From a virus (Duplodnaviria > Caudoviricetes), in the IMG/VR virus record IMGVR_UViG_3300042558_004043: a DNA stretch of 64,000 nucleotides; one strand, 5' to 3'. Positions 22,142 to 33,700 of the stretch are shown piece after piece. The position numbers and the translations under genes are program-made. The number at the start of each line of letters is the position of its first letter. Position 1 is the stretch's first letter. The notes under the pieces are model-generated. The model was not told the DNA's origin and made no database searches. It worked only from the letters and a program-made list of their open reading frames with translations.

Positions 22142-25014
22142 TGGCTTCTTTTTGTGGTTTAGATTTTAGTGTACAAGTTACGGGAGATTGTTCAAACAAT
22201 GGTTCAGGGGCGTTTAGTTTAACTATAACTGGAGGTGCTCCTGACTTTACTGTACAATTTTTAGGTCCGACAACTGATGTATATTACTTAGGTCCAGGTG
22301 TCACTGCAACAACATTCACATCTTTATCTGCAGGAAGTTACGTATTTGAAGTTTTTGACACCTGCTTAACTGCGGGTACACCTAATGTCGGAACCGCTTA
22401 TATATCAAGTGGTACAACTGTGACATGTATTGATATTGAAAATACTAGTAATTTACTAAATAATGGAGCCATTACCGCTCAAACATCTAATATTTATGCC
22501 CCAAGTACATTTTATTTATATGATTTTTACAGTGGGTTAACAATTTCTGGACAATCATCTACAACTGGTTTTACTTTTATTGGATTATCTGCCTCAACAT
22601 ATTACGTTATTGCGGATGACGGAGGAGGATGTACCGGACAATCTGAAACAGTAATTATAAAAAGCTCAACAACTTTTGATTATGGGTTTTATATTGTTAG
22701 TGATTCCGTATGTCGAGGAGAAAACGGTAAATTGTTTATTACTGGATTAACAGGACAACAACCTTACACTTATTTATGGTCAAACGGAGAAACAACATCA
22801 TCAATATCAGGATTAACAGCAACTGGTTATACTGTTACGGTTACAGATAAAACAGGTGCGGTCGTAACAAAAGGAGCTGAAGTACCCCAAACACCCGAGT
22901 TAAGTATTTTAAGTATAACTCCTTATTCGGCTTCATGTTATTCAAATGATGGTTCAATGTTAATTGTAATAACAGGAGGAACTGCACCATACAATTATAT
23001 ATTATCAAATGGTAAATCAAATATAAATTATTCACAATTCCAAACTTTTACTGACTTATCTCCGGAAGACTACACTGTAACTGTAATTGATTCTGATTTT
23101 TGTACAACTAGTGCGCAAGTTTCAGTTTTAACACCCAGTGGATTTGATGTTTTATCAAAGACTGTTACAGACTCTTATTGTGATACATCAAGCGGGTCGA
23201 TATCAATAAAGTTAATTGGAGGATATCCAAACTTTACATATACATTGTCAGGAAGTAATGGAATAAACCTATCACAAATCACAAATGTAAATTCACACAC
23301 ATTTTCTAACTTATACTCTGGAGAATATTACCTAACTATAAGTGATTTAGGTACTTGTGTTTATAATGAGTTGATTACAATAAATTCAATAAACGGAATT
23401 TCAATAAATATTGAACCACAAGACGCTACTTTTAGAGGTGATGATGGGTCTGTTTTAATTTATACAAATTCAGGGGCCGCACCATTTACATATAGAGTAT
23501 CAGGTCAACCTACAATTACTAAATCTGACAGTTCAGTAATGTTCAGAAATTTAAAAACTGGCTCTTATTTAGCTTCAATAACTGATAATAGTGGATGTAC
23601 GATAAATGAAAATTTTTATATAGGACAAGTTGAACCTGTTGACTTCTTGGTTTACGTTCCACAAATACCGAGAGGTAAAAAAGGGTCTATTGAAGTTTAC
23701 ATAACTAAGGGAACCCCACCATTCCAAGTTGAATGGAGTCAAAATGTAGGTGGTAAAACAGGATTAACTGTTACAGATTTGAGTGCAGGTACCTATAGTG
23801 TTTCCGTAACTGACGGTAATGGTAGTACACAAAATAGAAGTGCAACAGTTAATTTTTCTGATTTTATTTCTTCATACTTAGTCTACAATGTTTGCGATAA
23901 TGATATAAATCAAAATGGAACCGTTGCTAAAAAAGGATTGAGAGAAATGTTAGTTGAAGGTTACTTAACTTTAACTCAAGATGACACCAATTGCATATTA
24001 AATTCCGCGGTATTCAATACTAATGTGATTATAAATGGTAATACATACCAAAGTTCTTTTTACACGTCTAATTCTTTGGACGATTTTCCTTTTGATAATG
24101 ATTTTTATTTGGCTACTGAAACAATATTATTAAGTATAGATGGAATTGACAGCGTTGATTTTAACTCAGTAACAAATCAAGTCAGAATTAATACAGGATG
24201 TTCAGACCAAACAGTGTCATTATTAGACCAACAAATAATAATAAATGTACTAATACAATATGATATAAGTTGTGAAAATTGTGGAGGTAACGGAGCAAAC
24301 CCAGCTGTTGGATTGGACTTTGCTTTTGTTTCATCCGACGTTAATACATTTGCCTACGATACCCAAGGAAGATATTTATATTCTTTACCACAACTTAGTG
24401 ATTACCCAAGTTCTTTGGGTATAACACGAGACCCTTCTAATACAAAACTTTGGATTTTGGATATTACGGGTACTTTAATTTACGAGTATGATATTGAAAC
24501 TTCAATTCCATTACAGGTATCATTTAATCGGCAAATTACTCTTAGTAATACGTTAAGCAGAGCCTTGGTATGGTACAACACAACTACTTTGATTTCTTTT
24601 ATAGATGGGTCACAATACCTATCGTTTGTTGATATTTCAACAGGGTCGGTTAGTAACGGTATATTTTTATCTACAACCCCATCAACGGTAGTATCCAAAA
24701 ATATTTTAATTAATTCATTGGATAAAATAATTATTGTATTAACTAATATAACAGGAAGTCATTTATTAGTTCAATTTGATAGTTATGGTAATAGTGAGGC
24801 TAAAACAACGTTACCAGTATCGACTAACGGATATACTATGTTCGAAGATAGTGGTGTTTTTTATGTTGTTAATCTTGATGATTTAAATGTCTATTCAGTT
24901 GAACCTACATACCCATATGATATCAATTTTTGTTATATTTTAGAAACTCCACAATCGGTATCTTACCTTTATATGACACAAATAAACACTTATGTTACAA
25001 CTAATTTTACATAA
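22141..25014 (+). CDS. SprB-repeat tail fibre/adhesin-like protein with C-terminal propeller-like domain
   Basis: Repeated ~75-aa Ig-like units, e.g. GKLFITGLTGQQPYTYLWSNGETTSSISGLTATGYTVTVTDKTG and GSMLIVITGGTAPYNY; C-terminal domain is paralogous to those of the minus-strand cassette. Confidence 0.7.
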   Translation: MASFCGLDFSVQVTGDCSNNGSGAFSLTITGGAPDFTVQFLGPTTDVYYLGPGVTATTFTSLSAGSYVFEVFDTCLTAGTPNVGTAYISSGTTVTCIDIENTSNLLNNGAITAQTSNIYAPSTFYLYDFYSGLTISGQSSTTGFTFIGLSASTYYVIADDGGGCTGQSETVIIKSSTTFDYGFYIVSDSVCRGENGKLFITGLTGQQPYTYLWSNGETTSSISGLTATGYTVTVTDKTGAVVTKGAEVPQTPELSILSITPYSASCYSNDGSMLIVITGGTAPYNYILSNGKSNINYSQFQTFTDLSPEDYTVTVIDSDFCTTSAQVSVLTPSGFDVLSKTVTDSYCDTSSGSISIKLIGGYPNFTYTLSGSNGINLSQITNVNSHTFSNLYSGEYYLTISDLGTCVYNELITINSINGISINIEPQDATFRGDDGSVLIYTNSGAAPFTYRVSGQPTITKSDSSVMFRNLKTGSYLASITDNSGCTINENFYIGQVEPVDFLVYVPQIPRGKKGSIEVYITKGTPPFQVEWSQNVGGKTGLTVTDLSAGTYSVSVTDGNGSTQNRSATVNFSDFISSYLVYNVCDNDINQNGTVAKKGLREMLVEGYLTLTQDDTNCILNSAVFNTNVIINGNTYQSSFYTSNSLDDFPFDNDFYLATETILLSIDGIDSVDFNSVTNQVRINTGCSDQTVSLLDQQIIINVLIQYDISCENCGGNGANPAVGLDFAFVSSDVNTFAYDTQGRYLYSLPQLSDYPSSLGITRDPSNTKLWILDITGTLIYEYDIETSIPLQVSFNRQITLSNTLSRALVWYNTTTLISFIDGSQYLSFVDISTGSVSNGIFLSTTPSTVVSKNILINSLDKIIIVLTNITGSHLLVQFDSYGNSEAKTTLPVSTNGYTMFEDSGVFYVVNLDDLNVYSVEPTYPYDINFCYILETPQSVSYLYMTQINTYVTTNFT

Positions 25015-25047
25015 AATTATTTAAATTATTAAATACATATATTATAA

Positions 25048-27684
25048 ATGACTGTAACTTGTGGACTTTTTATATATTCTGAATGTTTTACTGGAGGGAT
25101 AATGGCCGTTCAAGACGGACTCTTCAACGGAAGACCTCAATATGACTTCTCTTTCAGTTTTAATGGTAATATAATAAATGGAAGAATATATTGGGACTCA
25201 AATGAAAATGTATGGTATGCTGAAGACACTGGTGCCCAACAAATAATGAGTGTACTACCGTTTGACCGTCCTCATCCTTATGGTACAAACGCGGAATGGG
25301 AAAATTATACATTATTAACTTATGGATGTTTGTCAAACAGTACATCATTCAATACAATATGGTTTCCCGATTGTCCTCCGACTTACTTTGAATTTTGTTG
25401 TCTTGGGGAAAACTCGACTAAAATTTTTATAGGTGTTCAAGATTTTGAATATTATGGTTACATTGGTAGTATTTTTTATTTGGAATCACCACAGTTCAGT
25501 GGATGTGCTACTGTAATACAAGGTCCAATACCTAATAACTCAATAGTTTACAATTCGGTCAGTAATTCAGTTCAATATGACAGATGCGTTAGCTGTACGG
25601 CTGACACTGTATCTTGTATTACTCAACCGGTATACACAACCCCAACACCTAGACCTGTCGTTACTGCAAATACGGTATGTGGTGGGGTTTCATTGGTTAA
25701 TGAGTGTTTGCCAATTTCTGTACCTATAATGACTGTTATATGTGAAACAACAAACGTTACCACATACGGGGGAAATGACGGTTCGGTTGAATTAATAATA
25801 AGTGGAGGTACTCCTCCATATAACATTTTATGGAAAAACGGTAATACAGGATATGGTATATATAATTTAATTGTTGGACAATATGAGTATACCGTAACTG
25901 ATTATTATGGAGATTACACAACTAACGGTAGTTGTTTAGTCCAACAGCCACCAGTTCCAACCCCACCGGTCCCACCATCTAATTATTGTCTAAACGTTAA
26001 TATTAATGGTCAAGCCTTTAATATTCAGTTTGAAGTTTTTTTACCGTATAATGGAGGTATTCCCTCTTATAAAGGGTATGATGAAAATGGAGAATGGGTA
26101 TATGACTTGTTTTTTGATACAGGAGTCACCCCAAATAGATGGTTTTTAGAGGGTCCAGTTACTGCTGGTGATTTAGTTAATTATAACCCAAGCTATCCTC
26201 CTATAACAGGATGGACATGGTTAAATCCTGGTTTTGCAACAACAACAGGAATTGAGGGGGATTGCCAAAATTACGGTGATTTTTGTATGACATTAAACGT
26301 CAATTCATTTGCAACCCAACCTTATAGGATTCAATTTCAACAAGGGGGGGTTGTTAATGGACAACCTAGTTGGATTGATACTTCAAATATATATAGTGTT
26401 ATTTGGGTTACAGGAAACAATACAAATCCGCCTTATTGGTCATTAGTTGGGTTACCTAATTATTTTAATAATCCAATTGTTAATAATGACCCTACCGTAC
26501 CACCATTAAACGGATGGACTGTAGAAGGTACCTCAGGTGATATAGAAACAAATGAAGGTGACTGTTTCTCCGAATTTATATGTGCGTATTTTAAAAGTGA
26601 TTGTGGGGATGAAAGTATTGAATTATCCTCAGGAGACACTATAAATAATAATCCTACTTGGTATGGTATCTTACCTTGTGGTGAAGAAGGGTCTTTTTTC
26701 ATATTTTGGAATGACGAGGATAATTATTGGTCAACAAGTGGATTGACTTCAGTTACTGGTTTTGGAGATGAAGCCAGAAAAATTAGTAATAGTTACACAG
26801 GCCCATTTGGTGTTTTATCAACTGAAGGAAACTTTGAATTAAGTGTTTTTGAGGGGGAATGTAATCAACCTGGTAGAGCCCTCACAATAACCACAACTGT
26901 TAATGAACCGGTCACAGGTAGTGATGGAGGTATTGTTATTGGAGTTGACGGAGGAGTGGAACCTTATGAATATTCTGTTGATAATGGAACTTCTTATAGA
27001 AACTTACCTATTTTTTATGGTTTGAAAAGCGGTATATATGTTATATCTGTTAAAGATAGTAATGGTGTAGTAACGAAAACATCAGTAACTTTGAAAGTAC
27101 CCCAACCAAAAACAGTTTATCAGGTTTCATTAAATACCACATCTAGAAGAACATCAAATACTACAACAGTAACTACCACAGAATATACCACTGCAGTTTC
27201 TGTTGTCCCTTCGTTACCTAGTGGAGTCACAATTACTTTTGATTTAATTCATACGGATAATTACAATGTTTCACCATACGATTATTCAGCAACTTTAACA
27301 TTGGGTTCGATTATACTAAAAAATGGCTCGGAAATATTACCCGACCTTACTGAATATAATTCTTATAGTGAAATTAACACAACGATTGGATGTCAAAACT
27401 ATACTAAATATATCACGGCAACTACTGACACATGGCAAAATATCACAATGGGTTATGAAGACAATGTAATTGTTACAACTACAGTTTCAATACTAAGAAA
27501 TGGAAGATATCCATGTTATTCGGCAATTAATACTGAAAATTATTCATTATTTAATCTTTCCATTATAGGGTGTAGTAATTGTGAAGTTTCAAATCAACAA
27601 GGGTTACCTCCAATATCACCAACACCATCAACAACACCTTCGGCCACACCAACAAATACCAATACTAATACAGCCTTGACATAA
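25048..27684 (+). CDS. modular tail fibre/adhesin-like protein (SprB repeats plus repeated NG.P modules)
   Basis: SprB-like units (GSVELIISGGTPPYNILWKNG; GGIVIGVDGGVEPYEYSVDNG), four copies of an NG.P.(W/Y)...W module, and a Thr/Pro tail. Confidence 0.65.
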   Translation: MTVTCGLFIYSECFTGGIMAVQDGLFNGRPQYDFSFSFNGNIINGRIYWDSNENVWYAEDTGAQQIMSVLPFDRPHPYGTNAEWENYTLLTYGCLSNSTSFNTIWFPDCPPTYFEFCCLGENSTKIFIGVQDFEYYGYIGSIFYLESPQFSGCATVIQGPIPNNSIVYNSVSNSVQYDRCVSCTADTVSCITQPVYTTPTPRPVVTANTVCGGVSLVNECLPISVPIMTVICETTNVTTYGGNDGSVELIISGGTPPYNILWKNGNTGYGIYNLIVGQYEYTVTDYYGDYTTNGSCLVQQPPVPTPPVPPSNYCLNVNINGQAFNIQFEVFLPYNGGIPSYKGYDENGEWVYDLFFDTGVTPNRWFLEGPVTAGDLVNYNPSYPPITGWTWLNPGFATTTGIEGDCQNYGDFCMTLNVNSFATQPYRIQFQQGGVVNGQPSWIDTSNIYSVIWVTGNNTNPPYWSLVGLPNYFNNPIVNNDPTVPPLNGWTVEGTSGDIETNEGDCFSEFICAYFKSDCGDESIELSSGDTINNNPTWYGILPCGEEGSFFIFWNDEDNYWSTSGLTSVTGFGDEARKISNSYTGPFGVLSTEGNFELSVFEGECNQPGRALTITTTVNEPVTGSDGGIVIGVDGGVEPYEYSVDNGTSYRNLPIFYGLKSGIYVISVKDSNGVVTKTSVTLKVPQPKTVYQVSLNTTSRRTSNTTTVTTTEYTTAVSVVPSLPSGVTITFDLIHTDNYNVSPYDYSATLTLGSIILKNGSEILPDLTEYNSYSEINTTIGCQNYTKYITATTDTWQNITMGYEDNVIVTTTVSILRNGRYPCYSAINTENYSLFNLSIIGCSNCEVSNQQGLPPISPTPSTTPSATPTNTNTNTALT

Positions 27685-27711
27685 AATTAATTGATTAGAT
27701 ATTTAAGAGTA

Positions 27712-30117
27712 ATGGGTTATATAATAAAAAATACTTCAGGTTTAATTAATTCTAGATTAACTGATGCGGGCAGAAAAAAATTATCACAAGGTAATTTTAA
27801 TATTTCATATTTTCAAATTGGCGATAGTGAGGTGACTTATAATACTTTACCAAGTACGTATAATCAATTTGATACTATGATATTGGAACCTGGGTTTAAC
27901 TCACATAACTCTGCTGGTGTACCCGAGTCTAATAAACAATATGTTAAATACCCTTACTATGTAAGTAACTCACAAGGTAATACTTATGGGATTCCTTTCA
28001 TGGACTCACAAATTAGTAATATATTTAATACCGCGGCTTTAAGAGGATTCTTTTATGGTGATGTAACACAAGACCCAATTATTTGGAGTGCTTTAACAAG
28101 TTCTGATATTGCAATTAATACAAATTATATTGTAGATATGACTACCTTAACAGGTGGAACTGGAACTACTATAAATGTTATATACGATTCTTGTAATGAA
28201 TTAATGTGTCGAATACCACAACCTGGTGACATAATAACGATATATTATAATGGAGTTGGAGCAGGTAATTGCAGTTGTCAAATTGCTCCTCCACCCACCC
28301 CAACCCCAACACCTCAACCGGCACCTGAACCTTGTTACACTTGTGACCCATGTGAAACCCCACAACCGACAAGAACACCATCAGGTACACCATGTTTACC
28401 GACACCACCTAGAGTTATTTGTACACCGCCAAGACCTCAAGAATGCGTCATGTCAATGACAAATTGTTACCCTATTTTAACTTATAAAATAATTTCATTT
28501 TGTAATAATATAATGGAGTTAGATAGACCTGTACCAAATTTTGATTATTTCTTGAATGGGTGCTATGGTAGAATAATGGTATATCCATCAGGTATGACTC
28601 AATTGTATGATACTACAACACCTAGACCTCATTGGAATGATGATGTTATTAATTTTGAATCAGTTTGTGATGTTGACCAAAAAGATGTTAGAATTTGGAA
28701 TATGAATATTCCGTGGTCTGAAAATCCGGCAGGATTGATATCTAGTTCATATGTTGATTATTCAGGATTTGGTTCTAAACAATACTTGGGTTCTAAAGAG
28801 TATTATGGATACGCATCTGATTCGGGTCAAACAGATAGTAGTTCAGTTTTCTTTTATAATTCATTTGATGAAAGACAAATTTTACCACCATCAGACCAAA
28901 AAGCAATTGCTATCATACACTATACTAATTTTACAATAGATTTCTTTTATGGTGAAAAGTTTGCAATGCAACCGCATGATGAAACAAACCCTGTTGATAC
29001 TACAGGCGAGGCTAGAAACTTTAGATTACATATTCCTTGGTTAATGTGGCATAAGTCACCGGATTGTTGTAGTGGACAAACTTTTTATGTTGACCCACCT
29101 AATTTTGATGATGTTGAATTGTTCAAAGTTCAGTATTTACAATCTAGTAAGAACAATGATATGAACGTACCGGGATTAAGGTATTTCCATTTGTGGGATA
29201 CTTATGCTAATTCTGACGGTTATCCAAGCAGAATCGGAAAAGTATTTCCGGATGACAAAATTATTATTATAGATGATGAAGAAATTATAGCCGCAATGTC
29301 ATACAAGTCCAATAGAAATTGGACATTACCGGCACCCCGAGTGACATTAATAACGCCAAATACTTGTAATGCTGCGGGAGAATCAGATACTGGATTATTA
29401 AGTGCTAACACAGAATATGTTTATGTGACTTATTTGTTTACTAACAGTACAACTTTTACAAATTTTTTACACTGTAATTATTACATTAAAGTACAAGGGC
29501 CTAATTTAGATTGTTCAAATTCGGGCTCACAAAATATAGCAATTAGATTCGGTGAAGAATTCAATTGTTTGAACGTACCGGATACCGTTCCATCTGATGT
29601 TAATGGTTTCATTGCAAATGGTTTTTATATTTTGGTACAAAAAGTAACGGGTGACATTAGACCTAATTCTTCAGAGTGGAGAATAATTGACAAAACAGGT
29701 GATTTATCACCATATTTAGTGAATAATTTTATTCCATCAAATGGAATGACAAGTGTTACTTTTACAGTTACCAATGATGAGTATGAATCGGCACCATTTT
29801 ATGATTTGAATGATTATATTCCGTTAGTACCTGTTAATCCGACTGGAATAACTCTAAATTTTGGAGACGAATACTATTTTTATGGTTCCTTAGAAAGCGA
29901 CATTCAAGCGACTATTTATGAAATGAGGTATAAGGTAAACTTAGGAGCAGCTGATTTCCAAAATACAAGTAATCCTACGTGGACACCTGGTACGTCTTCA
30001 TATATTACTGACATTGGTCTTTACGATTTAGACAAAAATCTTATGATTATATCAAAAATGCAGTCACCTGTTTTAAGAACGGGATTACAACAGTTTTTGA
30101 TAAAGTTTGATTTTTAA
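27712..30117 (+). CDS. tail fibre attachment / tail-collar-like structural protein
   Basis: ATG at 27712 preferred over TTG 27691. N-terminal LTDAGRKKL...YFQIGD and C-terminal YITDIGLYDLDKNLMIISKMQSP resemble the two halves of the tail-collar fibre fold. Confidence 0.6.
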   Translation: MGYIIKNTSGLINSRLTDAGRKKLSQGNFNISYFQIGDSEVTYNTLPSTYNQFDTMILEPGFNSHNSAGVPESNKQYVKYPYYVSNSQGNTYGIPFMDSQISNIFNTAALRGFFYGDVTQDPIIWSALTSSDIAINTNYIVDMTTLTGGTGTTINVIYDSCNELMCRIPQPGDIITIYYNGVGAGNCSCQIAPPPTPTPTPQPAPEPCYTCDPCETPQPTRTPSGTPCLPTPPRVICTPPRPQECVMSMTNCYPILTYKIISFCNNIMELDRPVPNFDYFLNGCYGRIMVYPSGMTQLYDTTTPRPHWNDDVINFESVCDVDQKDVRIWNMNIPWSENPAGLISSSYVDYSGFGSKQYLGSKEYYGYASDSGQTDSSSVFFYNSFDERQILPPSDQKAIAIIHYTNFTIDFFYGEKFAMQPHDETNPVDTTGEARNFRLHIPWLMWHKSPDCCSGQTFYVDPPNFDDVELFKVQYLQSSKNNDMNVPGLRYFHLWDTYANSDGYPSRIGKVFPDDKIIIIDDEEIIAAMSYKSNRNWTLPAPRVTLITPNTCNAAGESDTGLLSANTEYVYVTYLFTNSTTFTNFLHCNYYIKVQGPNLDCSNSGSQNIAIRFGEEFNCLNVPDTVPSDVNGFIANGFYILVQKVTGDIRPNSSEWRIIDKTGDLSPYLVNNFIPSNGMTSVTFTVTNDEYESAPFYDLNDYIPLVPVNPTGITLNFGDEYYFYGSLESDIQATIYEMRYKVNLGAADFQNTSNPTWTPGTSSYITDIGLYDLDKNLMIISKMQSPVLRTGLQQFLIKFDF

Positions 30118-30120
30118 TTT

Positions 30121-30720
30121 ATGAAAAAATCTTTAAAGGAAAGTCCCAAGATTCTTGGGCTTGATGTCTCGACAAGTACAATAGGATGGGCTTTATTTGA
30201 TATTATGTCTAAAGAGTTATTGGAGCTAACCCATATATCACCTAGACCAAAACCTAAAACAGATAATAAAATTCATGAGTTACTATCTAAAGCTGAAATT
30301 TTTAGAACTAAATTATTACAGTATAAAGATTTAGGTATTACTAATGTGGTAATTGAAGAGCCACTACTTAATTCTAATAATGTTTACACTATCAGTACTT
30401 TATTAAGATTCAATACTCTTATTACAAAAGAAATCTATGATGTGTTAGGAATTGTCCCTGAGTTTATTTCAACATATAACTCAAGAAAAAATGCTTTTCC
30501 TGAATTAGTTCAAAAAAATGATAAAGGTAAACATGTTTTATTCGGAGGTTTACCTAAAGATATTGATAAGAAACAAATTATTTGGGATTTGGTTGCAAAA
30601 CGAGAACCTCAAATTCAATGGCAATATACTAAAAACAATACTCTTAAAAAAGAAAATTTTGACCAATCTGATGCTTATTGTTGTGTCCTTGGTTATATGA
30701 ATCAAGAAAAAGTTTGGTAA
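30121..30720 (+). CDS. RuvC-like Holliday junction resolvase
   Basis: ILGLDVST (Asp1), VVIEEP (Glu) and DQSDA (Asp pair) of the RNase H fold. Confidence 0.85.
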   Translation: MKKSLKESPKILGLDVSTSTIGWALFDIMSKELLELTHISPRPKPKTDNKIHELLSKAEIFRTKLLQYKDLGITNVVIEEPLLNSNNVYTISTLLRFNTLITKEIYDVLGIVPEFISTYNSRKNAFPELVQKNDKGKHVLFGGLPKDIDKKQIIWDLVAKREPQIQWQYTKNNTLKKENFDQSDAYCCVLGYMNQEKVW

Positions 30721-30730
30721 ATTTTTTTGT

Positions 30731-30754
30731 AAATCTAAAATTATAGGTTTTTTT
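30731..30754 (+). terminator. weak hairpin in the convergent spacer
   Basis: aaatcta / taggttt stem with one G-U pair and a T-tract, between converging genes. Confidence 0.35.
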
Positions 30755-33700
30755 ATGCGTTAGTCACATTCCATGATTTTGGGGCGGCGGTTAATTGAGC
30801 CTTACACCATAAACCTGTTCCTACTGTATTTGATGGACCTGAAGGTGAGGAATTAAACCAATATGTAACGTTAGTTTGATTCTCTAATGATAACTTACCT
30901 CCTGTTGGTAAACCACCAACCGCACCAACTAAACTATTCAAATTACATAAAATAAAATCAACCGATGATTGATTCAAAAGGTTATTCCTCATATCCAATA
31001 GTTTTAAACTTGTTGCTGAACTAAAACTTGTAGACCAATTTACAATTGGATTTGCATTAATGGTTAATCCTGTCAAAGAAGACGGAAAAGAATTTCCTAA
31101 AGGTAATAAATTATATTGATTATTTATTTGGTTATTAGAAATATCTAAAGATAATAGAGATATATTTGAATTTAAATTTGTTAAATTAGTTATAAAATTT
31201 TGGGCTAAAATCAAAGTTAGATTAGTGGTTGTATTTACATAACTTAAATCAAATGTGGTCAAATTGTTGCCAATAAAACTAATACTGTCAGTCGAGGATG
31301 GAAATTGAGTTGACCAACTAGAAAGAGACACTGAATTAAGTATAAAACTTGATAAATTAGTACAATTAATTAAAGGAATATTCCAAGTCGGAAACGTATT
31401 TGTACCTCCGCCAGAACCACCTATACTTTCTGCGTTAAATTTAACTAAACTTGTAGGTAAAGACGTTGGTAATGATGACATACCATTTAAACGATTAGCT
31501 TGTAGTGACAAATTTTGAACTGTATTTGGTAATGGAGGTAATGATAATAAATCGTTGTAAGCTAAATCTAGTGTTATTAAACTTGTGCAAGATATGATTG
31601 TTGGTGTTATTCCGGTGATACGATTGTTACTTAAATTTAAAACTGTCATCAAAGTATTTGATGATAAATTTATATTAAATCCTGACAATCCAAAAGGATA
31701 TCCTAAATTCGCATCTTCAATCCTATTATTGGAAAATAAGACTGATACTACCCGTGTCGGTAAATCATAAGTCCAACCTGTCAAATTATTGTTATTTACA
31801 TGGAATTGACTAACGGTGTTGGTACATGAGGTAAAACCGTTAGGTGCGTTAACATATTTTAATGCACATTTATTATTAGGGCCATGTAATAAAAAAGTAG
31901 TTAGGTTTGTAGGAGGTATAATTGTTACATTAACTAGTTGTACATTATTTTTAAAACTAAAAGTAAAACTCGTAGCAACATTGGTTGAAAAATCATGGTT
32001 TAAGCTGGTTAAATTACATCCCCACATACCAAATGACCTCAATTTAGTTAAATTATCTAATCCGAATGTATTAAATTCTAATGAGGGATTATTATTTCTC
32101 AAAAGAAATAAGTCATTAAAATTAGGAGATATCGAAATACCATTAAGTCCCGCAATTGTACAATCTTCAAAACGCAATTGAAGTAAATTAGCCCAAGTTG
32201 CAAATGTCCATTCATTAGGTATTATTTCAGATATTCTATAAAATCTACCAAATCTTAATTGACTTGTGTCAAATATACCAGCGTTTTGAAAATTTGCAAA
32301 AGTGGCGGTAAAAGAACCGTTAGGGTAACTATGATTGTTTTGTGTGTCTGTAGCCGAGGTAGGACCCACCCCTTCAGTATCACCATCGCCCCAATCTATA
32401 TAGTATTCTTTTGTGGATATGGACCAACTGAACCACGTATAATATTGTGATGGGCTAACTGGATTAATACCAGGTATGTTTTTGAATTGGAAATATGGTG
32501 TTGAACCGGTAAAACTACGGCCAACACATTGGAATGATTGAGACGCTCCTTTAACACCTATAATACCAATATTTTGAGTTGTGCTTGCGGTATAAGGTTG
32601 AACATAATTCACATTGTAAACATTACCATCACTTTGGTCTATAAAATAAAATTGATTATTAACTTGATATGCGGCGTTAGCGTCGGTAATATTTGGGGAA
32701 GGTACCGATGGGCAAGACCCGCATCCTATTACAATGTCTGGAAAATCTCTAGTGTTTGTAATGTAATCGTATTGACTTATGTAGTAATAAGAGGGAGAAC
32801 CCGGATTAGATTGTGTGAATATTACCTTTCCATTTGTTGAAACTAAAATATCACCTGTTACCGTGTTAGGTGTTAACACGCTACCTGGTAGGTCAAACAT
32901 TGGTGTAAATGTTGATGTATTGTCTGGAGATAAATTTAAAGTAATTTTTATCATCCTATCTGGAGTACCTAACGGAGTCCGATTAGTTTCACTACAGATT
33001 AAAATATTAGTACTAATTGCAAATAGTCCTTTACCCATAAATCCGATACCTGATGGAAAAGAAATATCTCTATAAGTACCAAAGGTTAAAGGAGTTAATG
33101 ATAAAATGTCCCACTCTCTGAAGAATTGGGAACCACTTCCTTGACCACCATACATCCAAAATTTACCAGACAAAGTACCTGGATTCCAATAATGAGCAAT
33201 ATCTTCAGAATTAAAAAATCCTGGTATTACTATATTATATAAAGTATTTGCGCTGTGATTATAAAGAAAAAGTTGAGTTGATGTGTTAACAAATATAAAA
33301 CAATCATCTAAAATATTTGGTGGGATATATGGAGTTGTTGGTGTTGGTGTTGGTGTTGAGGTACTTGTTGGAGTTGGAGTTTGTGTTCTAGTTTGAGTTG
33401 GTGTTTGGGTAGGAGTTTGTGTGCTCGTTTGGGTAGGAGTTTGTGTGCTCGTTTGTGTTGGTGTTTGTGTATTTGTTGGCGTTTGTGTTGGAGTTGGAGT
33501 CTGTGTACTTGTTTGTGTTGGTGTTTGTGTACTTGTCGGTGTGGGTGTTGAGGTTGGAGTTGGTGTTGAGGTACATGGTGGGTAAAAAACACAAGATAAT
33601 GCACAAGGGTCAAATAAATATTCATTTGGGCATGTGTAACCACTTGACAAATATTGACCAGATAGATTCTGTATTATTGTTGCGGTTGACTCTCCACTAG

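Noticed and set aside
6519-30117. Bacterial contractile injection system or tailocin locus
   Set aside because: The baseplate genes sit among phage replication genes with no cellular housekeeping context; a phage genome is the simpler reading.
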